DNA of 64,000 nt. Origin: Octopus bimaculoides (taxonomy: Eukaryota). Location of the stretch: positions 106,725,102 through 106,789,101 of the forward strand of contig NC_068985.1 of assembly GCF_001194135.2 (NCBI RefSeq), given 5' to 3'. Under the pieces are notes generated by a model. That model had not been told where the DNA came from, searched no databases, and was given only the letters and a program-made list of their open reading frames with translations. Numbering within the stretch: the first letter of the stretch is position 1; the number at the start of each line of letters is the position of its first letter. Shown piece by piece: positions 29,389-40,300 of the stretch. The position numbers were made by a program, and so were the translations under genes.

Positions 29389-29790
29389 ATAATTAATTAA
29401 AAAATAAGGAGAAAACAAGACAACAAGGAAAAAACAACGTGATGATGTAGGATGTAGTACATGCAAAGTATTAATGAGACACTCAGAGAAGGAAAGAAAG
29501 AGTGGTTGTTTTACATTTCAAGCAAAGCTCTTCTTCAGAAACAGGAGACATAAGAAAGTCCAAAAGAAAAGGAAAATGGAGAAAAAAAATTGCCAACAGT
29601 CCACATTCTTCTTTCTTTTCTTTTGGACTTTCTTATGTCTCCTGTTTCCGAAGAAGAGTTATGCTAGAAATGTAAAACAACAATTTTTCTTTCCTTCTCT
29701 GAATGTCTCATTAATACTTTGCATGCACTACGTCCTTGTGTTGTTGTTTTTTCTTGTTGTCTTTTTTCCTCCGCTTTTTTAATTGATTAT
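29389..29790. repeat. Long inverted repeat (two ~185-nt arms, ~40-nt loop) built from a Penelope-terminal-like repeat
   Basis: gtagtacatgcaaagtattaatgagacactcagagaagg...gtccaaaagaaaag (to 29571) is matched by the reverse complement of 29615-29790; about 90% identity in the core by eye. Confidence 0.95.
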
Positions 29791-31369
29791 TTACCACATG
29801 TTTACATGGAAACCCATCCTTCCGACTGGCTTTGGAGTACCTAATTTGTGGATTTCTTTCTACCATCGAATTATATCACCTTATTCATTCAGAGTACGCC
29901 ATTTCTGCACCTTGATTATATGATCCTTTACCCATCTTTTTCTCTGCCATGACACGTGATGGTTATTTCCTTTTTCTTAAACATTTTCCCACACTCTTGT
30001 AATAAAGACATTGTACATAAAAAAATTTTAAAACTTAACCGAAACTCATTTATTCTATAATAATTCTTCTCTTACAATTTCATGACATAATCTGGCCGTG
30101 TAATGTATTTTCAAATTTAATAATACAGACTCAAATATAAACATAGAAACTGATGAAAATAGCCTAAAGTTTCTATCTTTACTTTTTAGCATTATTTATG
30201 CTAGACTAGCAGTTCAGACAGATAAAACAACATACGGACAATAACCACTATAACTTGTGTTATTCTACAATTTTTGTTGATAATTTCAGTAAGCAGTCTA
30301 GTATTTTGAAGCATGGTGTGATTAACAATAATAATCCAAAGCCATGTAACGCTACATGTAAACCAGAAACTGGAATTTACAAGAAAGTTCTTCAGGAGTG
30401 AGAGTTTGTAGAGATATGATGTTAAGAAGCAAACAGTTTTTGGAATCTGCAATGTTAATTACAAACTCACTAAATTTTATTTGAAATAATATATATGTCA
30501 ATTCTAAATCATCATCTATTGGAGATAAAAAAATTGTCTAAGTGATGTAAAAGATACACATCTTGCAAAAGTCACAAAGTGGTCTACCATCAATAATATT
30601 GTAGTAATAATGTCACTGGTACAGAAATTCTAAGTGTTGCAATCAAAGCAGCCAGGAATGTGAGCATCAAAAATTTCACAGCTACTGATAGGTAGTTAAG
30701 GACAATGACAGTCATGGATGAACAAGTAGATCTGAGGAAATTCAAACATTAAATAAAAAAGGTTAAATGACTTAAATATGAAAGGCTCAAAATTTCCAGA
30801 GAATATAATGGGGACGAAACTTGCTATATTAATAGTATCCTGTGATAATCAAGCCTTAAGGATTGGAGTTTCCACAACTAATCATAAATAAATAATGTTT
30901 TTCAGTGTTGTGTGACATGAATACACATTTAAAAATAGCTGTGGTGGGTACATCAACAAGTTTTTGAAAGGAAAAGTGCATCAGCTATTGGCACCTTTTT
31001 ACATTATAACAATCTGTAGAAATAGTAGTCTAATATGCATAACTCTAATGTGTGGTTTTTCTCTATAGTTATGCATAAATACATTTTACACACACACACG
31101 CACACACATCACCATCATCATTTAAAATCCACCTTTCCACGCTTGCATGGACTGAATGTAGTTTGTTACAACAGATTGTCTATGCCCAAATGCCCTTCCT
31201 ACTGCCAATTCTTATCTGTTTCCAGATAGGCATTGGCAGTGGGAAGGGTTGGTGCTGTTATCAACTGTCATGAAATGACATTTCTGTTCTGAATTAGTCA
31301 TGCATGAAATTCCAAGAGTTTAGGTTGCTTTGCTATGCACATAACTACAACTACTGAAAACATATACCT

Positions 31370-31804
31370 CAGGGATGGGCAACTTTTCGTCAACTGAGGG
31401 CTACATTGTACCATTTTCAAGTGGGAGAGGGCCACATGATAAAACACATATGCATGAAATATTACTTGCCCACTTTACACTGAATTTTTTGCAGTTCTTC
31501 TTAATTTTATTTGTCTTAGCATGAAAATTTACATTAAGTTGGTATCTCTTTCATTATTTCCTAATGGTAATAATGATGATTATTAGTGTAAATAAATTAT
31601 AGTTTAAAATACTGAGGTCAAAAAAAAAAAAAAAAAAAAAAAAAAGAAAAAGAAAATTCATTGATATTTTATTAAAGAACAAATTCCGTTATCTGTATCA
31701 ATGAGATTTTTGCACATTCACATTCTTTACCATATTTTGCGCTTGTAAAAATTCGTAACCAAGAAACTCATCGAGGGCCGTGGGCCACAGGTTGCCCATG
31801 CGTG
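31370..31804. mobile_element. Non-autonomous hAT (Charlie-like) MITE
   Basis: TIRs cagggatgggcaac (31370-31383) and gttgcccatgcgtg (31791-31804) match 12/14. The 8-bp flanks atatacct / atatacat match 7/8, consistent with a hAT TSD. Confidence 0.8.
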
Positions 31805-33079
31805 ATATACATTGTCTTTAACAAACCAGGCCTCCTAAAGCACTATATATTTTTCTTTATTTTTCTTCATCTCCATACATTTCATTCTACTGATATATTT
31901 GTTTGTTTATTCATTTTTTTATCTTGTTCTTTATATTTTCATTGCATAGTTTATTTATTTAAATATTATGAGACAGTCAGCTAAATCTTTGGAAAGCAAA
32001 TCGTTATGATAAACATATTCTTTCTTATTCTATCTTTATTTTAAAAAATTCTATGGTTTTTACTTTATTTTATTGCATTCTTTTTCTGAATTTGTATCTA
32101 CTGTTATCATTTCACTAATGCACTCCATATATGGTAATTCTGTCAAATAGATTTATTGTCTGTGACTATATAATTCTTTCTACTATAGGCAAAATGCCTG
32201 AAATTTTGAAGAAAGGGTTAGTCAATTACATCGACCCCAATACTCAGCTGAAATGTTCTGAAGCATAGTTCATTATTTATACCACATTTATATTTATGGG
32301 TGCAAATATATATATTCATTTATATACTTGTGACAGATGATGTAGCATTGTTTATGTAGCTAAAACAAATTATGAAACAGCTGTCAACTAATGGAATAAA
32401 CATCAGTTGTCTCACTCAACTTCTCTTATCTATTCATTATATATATNNNNNNNNNNNNNNNNNNNNNNNNNNNNNNNNNNNNNNNNNNNNNNNNNNNNNN
32501 NNNNNNNNNNNNNNNNNNNNNNNNNNNNNNNNNNNNNNNNNNNNNNNNNNNNNNNNNNNNNNNNNNNNNATATATATATATATATATACATGCACATACA
32601 TATCTTTCCACACACACACACACATATATATATTGCCATCTGTGTATATGCAAAAATACAATTAGAAGGTGATGCAGTGGATTTAACTGAGATAAAATTT
32701 CTACAAAACGATGTTGTGTTTAAATCACTATATTGGAGTGAAATGAGCATCATTGCAGCAGTGACTCACAAGAATGTGAAATGCATTTCACCTTCAATGG
32801 GGTTTGTCAGTAACATGCTCTTGATAGTCACCGGATTAAGTCAGCATTGATCAACTTAAACAAGGAGACCATCCAGAAGAGTTGCAAGAGATTCTGAAGT
32901 TGTCTGGAAGTCGTAATTGAAGCTAATGGTGATTTTATAGAATAAATTTACTCTTTAGTATATCAAGATATTTTTGTGTAATTTTGGTAAATATATCTGT
33001 TAAAATGAGATGTCAGCGTTATTTTCATTTTTGAGTAATTTAGACGAGAGTTTATTCACCGCACCATGTATATGTATAT

Positions 33080-35600
33080 AAATAAACACACAAAAAAGAA
33101 CAGCTCCCAGAAAGAATAACCAAGGAAAGAAACAACTTAAGTGGGATGGTGGAGACAGGCTACCACTTCACACATCCGAAGCTCAGGTCACAATGCACAT
33201 TGTCTCAACCTTCGAAATATGTGAATATTGCACATACTGCTTTGAAGACAAAGAAGTACCTAATTGCAGAGTAGACAGCTGCAGCTAAACAGAAGTGTTT
33301 TTTTGGATATGGTGCAAAGGACTGTAAAGCAGCTGACCTGGCTGCAACAAATACTGAATCAAAGTAATGTATATAAGCAAGCAAGACCACTGCAACTAGC
33401 AAATGATGCAGAGTGGCCACCCCTGATGCTACCACAAATGTCAAACCAGTGGCCACTTCAGACACCCCATACACCACACCAGTGTTATTATTGAATATGA
33501 GAGGCCTTGTAACACTCCACCAGCACAAAGTGCCATTCTTGAGAGGCTTAGTTACATGTAATCAAGCAATATGCATTTCACTAACAGATATACATCTAAC
33601 CACTGACATAGTAGACACTGAAAGACATATGGTGTATTTCAAAGTGATAAGAAGGAAAGAACTCATGGTGGAGTTGAGATGTACATCCAGGAAGATGTCA
33701 TGTCTGTAGTCTTATTGTCACTCAAACTCAGTTTGTGACACACATTAAGCAAATCAAAATGGTAGTATGTACAACATATTGTTCCCAGATGCCCTGAATC
33801 ATGAGGACTCATTCAAAATGATGGAAGAGAGAGTAACCAACAAAGATGATAACCTTCACATACTTCTTCTAGGAGACTTTGATTTCCCTAATATTGAATA
33901 ATCTGAGGGCCATCCCCTCTCAAGAATGTTACTGCATGAACAGAAGCAGGCAGAGTCTCTACTTGACCTTACAAATATGCAATTCATGAAGCAAATAATG
34001 CTCTACCCAACAAGGGGTAAAAATGTCATGGACCTCTTCTTTACAAATAAGGTGGTGCTCATCCATAATCTAAATGTGACACCAAAGATTGGAACTAACA
34101 AAGTATGGTCCAAGAAGAACTACAGACAAATACCTGATTCCTTTCCAGTAGGAACTTTCATAAAGCTAACTAAAAAGGTATTCTGAAAGAGGTGCTGGTC
34201 CGCCAGTCTCTCTATGCAAGATACTGACATAAAGCTACAACATTTTATGACAACCATATAAAACATAAGGTAAGTTTACTCCAGAGAGAAAGTCAAACTG
34301 ACAGAAAAACACAATTCTCAGATACAGGAAAATTCTAATGAGACAATGGACAACAATCTCATATCATCTAAACAGACCACTAAATGATAGTGTGGAACTC
34401 TATCTCAAACAAGAACTGCTTGAGATTGAAAGTGAACTCAAACACTCCTATGTAAAGGAGAGAGCAGAAAAAAAGAAGCCTGGACTGTAAAAGATGTAAA
34501 GGCAAACCCCAAAGCCTACCATAAATTTGCAAAACAGTCTGCTTCAGTACAGTACATGATAGTGCAACTGTTCAAAGAAAATGGCTCACTGACTACAGAC
34601 ACCTGAAGGATAAATGAAATGCTAAATATGCAATACAAAATTGCTTTCACACATCTGTTGGGACACTTGCAAATAAATATGCCAAACATGTTCTTTGACA
34701 CTATAGCTCTACATGAATGATGGCAATTATTGATTACATCGAAATAGAGGAAACTGATGCAATATCAGCTATTGATATTAGCAAGTGGAGTACTTCAGAG
34801 AACTGTCTTGGGACCACTACTGGTTATTTTGGCCCTCTCAGACATACCATCAGTAATACAGGCAGCCACTCCCACTATCTAAGCGAATGATGAAAACGAA
34901 GTACAAACAGTCATGAGTCCTCATAATGCTAATTCTCTACACAACGACCTACATACAAGTAGGCTGAAGAAAACAACATGCAATTTAATGCAGAAAATTT
35001 CAAGCTCTCTGCTATCAGCCATCTTGTGCTAACAATCGCAACAAAACTACTTTGGACCAAAAGGAGCAGCAACTCTAGAGTCAAATACAGTGTGTGTGAC
35101 CTGGGGATTGATATGAGCAATGATGTGTCATTTCATGTACATATCAAATGATGTTGGCAATGTGCAGGTGAATGGCTAGGTGAATTCTGAGAACTTTCAG
35201 GACATAGGACCAGGAAACTATGCTGTCTTATGGAGGACATTTGTCCTTAGCCATCTGGACTACTACTCTCAACTATGGTCAATTCACAGTGTCAATTTAA
35301 TAGAAAAATTCAAGGCAGTTCAGCGATGCTACACCAAAAAGAGATCTGCATCAATGAAACACTTGATCTGAAAGAGACTGAAGTTGAAGTGAAGGTAGGA
35401 GAGGTATGCAGTGATATACATAGAGAAAGACAGGCACCAAGCCCTGAACAGGACACCACTGCACTGCTCCAAAGGTCCCACTCATTCCATGTAGAGTGGG
35501 AACCAGGTATTGCAATGACTTAGGATTCAAAGGTTCACAACTATTTAATACTTTGTCAAAAAACTTGACATATTTATATGGAGTGGAGTAGACCTTCTGC
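33080..35600 (+). mobile_element. Decayed CR1-group LINE (ORF1 remnant, APE endonuclease, RT with internal deletion, C-terminal region)
   Basis: LLNMRGLV..ISLTDIHL, HGGVEMYIQED, LLLGDFDFPNIE, YPTRGKNVMDLFFTN, NPKAYHKFAK, GVLQRTVLGPLL, NNMQFNAE and TFVLSHLDYYSQLWS occur in order; the first half of the RT is missing near 34780. Confidence 0.8.
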
Positions 35601-36429
35601 TGTCCAAGACCCCAAATGAACCTACATCAAGGCAACAAACTCAAACAAGGGCAATAATATCAAATTCCTTCTCTCACCAAAAACCAACCTGATAGGAATG
35701 GCCACTAAAAAAAGCGATGATGCTAGCAGTGCTTCAGCATGGCCACAGCCTTTAGGCTGAAACATATAAAAGAATAGAAGAGGACATAAACACAGACACA
35801 CACATACATATGCATGCACATACACACACACATGTATAAATACATATACACATATATGCATATAGAAATATAAAAATATACACTCACATACCTTCATTTT
35901 AATACATACATACATACATACATACATACGTACGTACATACATATATACAGACAAATATATGCACAGATGTATATGCATACATATATTCACATCATCATC
36001 ATTTAATGTCCATTTTCTATGCCGGCATGGGTTGGATGCACACATACATATATGTATACATATATATATTCATACATATATAAACACACATACACACAAA
36101 CTATATATATATATTTATACAGTCATTGGCTGATTTTTGAATAGCTCCTTTGACCATCTAACCAGGTGATGACCATCATGTAATTACATAGCTGCAGATA
36201 ATCCTATGAGGAAGAGTGAATCAGCATGAGCTATTTCAGTTGATGCCTGTATAGCATACATTCAATGATGCCAGTGTTGATTCAACAAACAATTTGTGTG
36301 AGTATTATCCTATCTTTCCAGGGAACTGTCCATAGAACGTTCAGGCTCTAAATGCTTTGTGAGTATGAAATCGGACATTAGAAAGACATTATTGCATGCA
36401 TGTGCACACACTTTCTCTACCTACATACA

Positions 36430-36475
<46 letters not shown>

Positions 36476-37108
36476 AACACATACATCTGTAATGAACAGA
36501 ATGGTTATTAAAGAATATAAAGTATTAATTCATTCTATCATGCCACAGATACACATACATGCACACACACACACACATTATGGCTTGAACGGAGGGAAAG
36601 GAAACTACGTATAACACTTTCACATCCACTGAGATAAGTGAGGTTGATATGGTTGGTGTTCAGCTTGAACATTTATCTGTAATATGCCTGTAATGAACAC
36701 ACAATAGTAACTGAGGTGTAGAGAGTTTAAACTTGATTCATTACGTACTCACACACAGAAATAACAGTTCATTTACACATTGGGTAAAGAATATTCCAGG
36801 AAAAGGAAGAAACAAAATAGTAAAATAAAATAAATAAAAATAAGAAGTGAATAATTGAAAAGAAACCAATCCCCACCCTGCTGCCAGAACTGCGAGTAAA
36901 ATATGACCTTCTGGTAAAGGAAAGAAATCTATGTCAGCTGATATAACTTAGTGTCATTTGAACCATGGCTGAGAATCTTGCCAAGCTGGTGACCAGCAGG
37001 TGGAGAGCAAGCAAGCTGGCAGACAGTCAAGATGGTGGGTGGGAGATACATGAACATATCTGCTGCGGAACAGAACATAATTTCACTATTTTTGCGTCCT
37101 GCACCCAC

Positions 37109-37181
37109 CTTCAAGTCTCTGTGTATTATACTATTTTGGTGGCAGTGGTTAACTCCTTCTAAGATTTGTTGAATGCAGTGA
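37109..37181 (-). CDS. CaMKII: CaMKII exon 6a (73 nt): (S)[24 protein letters not shown]
   Basis: Acceptor tcttttcag|TCACTGCATT; donor TTGAAG|gtgggt; 1 nt + 24 codons, in frame with exons 5 and 7; contains the HRD catalytic motif. Confidence 0.93.
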
Positions 37182-37223
37182 CTGAAAAGATATAAGATGA
37201 CAGCATGTAGCGAGCACAAGTAG

Positions 37224-37226
<3 letters not shown>

Positions 37227-37278
<52 letters not shown>

Positions 37279-37397
37279 ACGAGAGAGGAGGAGAGAGAGA
37301 GAAAAAGAGAGAAACGAGAGGAGAGAGAGAAAGAGAGAGTAAGAGAGAGAGAGAGAGAAACGAGAGAAAGAGAAAGAGAGAGAGAGAGAGAGAGAGG
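37227..37397. repeat. (GA)n-rich tract; (UC)n on the CaMKII sense strand, directly upstream of exon 6a
   Basis: Seen directly in the sequence. Confidence 0.97.
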
Positions 37398-40300
37398 CTA
37401 GTTCATTTTGAGAACAATGCTGAAGGATGCTGGTAGCAAGATGCTAAGATATCAATAGTGCCACTGCATAGGAACACAATGTTATGATGCCAACGTGAAG
37501 TTTAGTAGGCACATTCAAGGCTCAAATCATGCTGTTTAAAGAGCAGTGGAGTGAAGTAGTAATGGTTAAATCAACTGTTTGACAGAAGAGGTAATTAAAA
37601 AAGCTATTAATAGAATACAGGTGTTGAAGAATGTTACCCAAGAAGACAAAAACAAAGAAGAAAGAAAGAGATAAATAAAAATTAAATTTAGAATAAAACA
37701 TGAGAAAGAATGGGGTTGGGTCGCAGTTTACATGTATTTTCTTGCACCTCAAAAGCATACACATCAAATTATGCAAGATCCATAAAGTTGGAATCGTCAT
37801 TATTGAAGACTGGAAGATCCTTGTGCTGACAATTTTCGATTTGTCACTCAGATATCATTCACTCACTGTTTCACCTGTCACTCAGATGTCATTTCACTTT
37901 ACTTGTCATTTCCCTCTACTTGTCACCCAGGACACATCAATCCATGCTTTCATTACTCAAATGTTATCTCACTCAACACTCTCTATGCCATTCAAAACAT
38001 TATTTGCACCTATTCTTGTAAAATGTTGAATATACTAGGAATAGTGGGGAATTTAAAAGACAATTGATATAACTTTGATGGTTTTAGGATGAATCGTACT
38101 CAGCTTGTAGGATAGTCAGGAGGACACTAAAATGCAAAAATGTTCCAAGCAGTTAAAAAGACATCAGTTGAAAGTTATTGGTGGTTTCAGACGCAAGCTG
38201 TATGATCAACCATGTTGTGAAAACTTCATTGCTGCATTTCAGCAATGGGGAAAATCTTGAAGTATTTGAGGGAGCTGGACAACATTATAGACATATCTAG
38301 ATTTGCATTTATATTGAAGTATGAGATAGGACATACAGATCGAGATATACTTTTCCTGTAACAGAGATAGGTGGGGGACACCGGGAGAGATCGTGTGTGT
38401 GTGTGAGTGCATGCGTGTATGTTCTGCCTCCACTGTAACATACATACAAAAGTTCACAGAATATTGTACATCTGATTTATCATTACCAGCTAAACCAACA
38501 ATAAATAAAACTATGGATACATACTAAAATCAATTACATCTAGATAATTTGTAATCTTTCTTATTCTGAGTAATGTCATAACATAGAATAGAACAGTAAA
38601 TACAGAGGAGGAGTTGGTTTATTAGAGGAATAGCACAAAACATTTTAGGGACCCCACAGTTAGATCTCCTGAATACAATACTCTCCCTGATCATGATTGT
38701 TAGGCACAAATCCATACATTCAAAAAGAAAGGTAAATAGAATGATTTTCTGACAGCATTAATAGAATGAAGTTATGCAGCCGCAAAATACAATTAAAAGT
38801 AAAATCACAAACTGCGCTTGTCACGATTTCAGTTATTCTTTTAAAGACCTTGCACCATTATTGCAATACTAACCATTCCTTGCTTTGGAGTTAATTATTT
38901 TCTCAAATTGATTAAACTCCTGATTTATTGATACATGCACGCACACCACACTCCTATCTATCTATCTATCTATCTATCTACCTACCTACCTACCTACCTA
39001 CCTACTTATCTTTACACACACAAATACATACTCATATCAGTGCATGTTCAGATACACATATAAACATATCTCCAGATACATATAAACTTTGTGATATTCT
39101 GAGATGGTCTACGAAATTTTATAGATAGGGAATTATCTCCCTTGTTGGACATAGTTAGCAGTGCATGACAGGAACTGGGGGAGGATATAAATAGTGGACC
39201 AGGAATGCACTTGAAGAGATTCCTCAAAGTACATTAACATCCAGACATTGATATGTGATGTTCTATATTATCTAGATAGCAGTCTAGTTGATTATTCTTT
39301 GACATGAATTTGATCTTACCAGTGAAGAAGACATTTTGTCTACTTCATGGGAAAACATCATAAACCCTTTTATTGGCTATGATTTATAGCTGAATTTGTT
39401 GTGGGATGCATCATCTATAAAGATGTTTTTACATATTTCTTACTGCTTCTACAGTTGCATTCTAATTGTAAACAAGCTTTCTCACTTGTAAGTATAAAGC
39501 ATTTAATATGCTGGACGAAAGACTAAGGACAGCTTTAGTGTAATTGAAAGCATGCTTTTCTGGGTCAAATTAGAAGCATGTCTCTTTTCCAGCAGGTTTT
39601 TTGCTGCCCATTTTCAATCCAAGGGGTTTTAAACAAAATATATTACAATCTAACATATAAGACATACCATTCATCATGACTTGTCTACATATTTTCTCAG
39701 TACTTGAACATTTGCATTATATATACATGCATATAAATATATATGTGTGCATGTATACATGTATCTTTTATCTATTGTTCAAGTCATTAGGCTGTAGGAA
39801 TGTTGGGCCACTGCCTTGAAGAATTCAGCATGTGTTAGCATGTCAGACAAAATGCTTACCAGCATTTTACCTGCCTGCCTTTCATCCCTTCAGGCTTGAT
39901 AAAATATAGTACCAGTCAAGTACTGGGGTCAATGCATTTGATTAAAGTCCCATCAAAAACTATTGGTTTTATATCAACAGTTCAAACCACCATTATCATT
40001 TTTTTTTAACTACTACTGTTATTACAATGATTATGACAACAGACATGTCTAAGTTCTTTTCAATTTTAAACTAAATAAGAATGATATTTAATGTTTAGTT
40101 AATTAACAAGTATTATGTCACTAAGCCTATAATAATGATGTTAATGCAGACAATGCTGATGTGTGTATTAATAGGGGGGGGGGAAGTAGTGAAATCAATA
40201 TTAATGGTGTTAATAAGAATTACAGCTACTGCTAGTCAACATCGTTTATTACTAATCTAAACAAACAATACAATTATTTAATGAATAAATAATTCAACAT

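Noticed and set aside
29474-29782. 102-aa ORF
   Set aside because: A by-product of the purine-rich and pyrimidine-rich arms of the inverted repeat; no protein-like signal.
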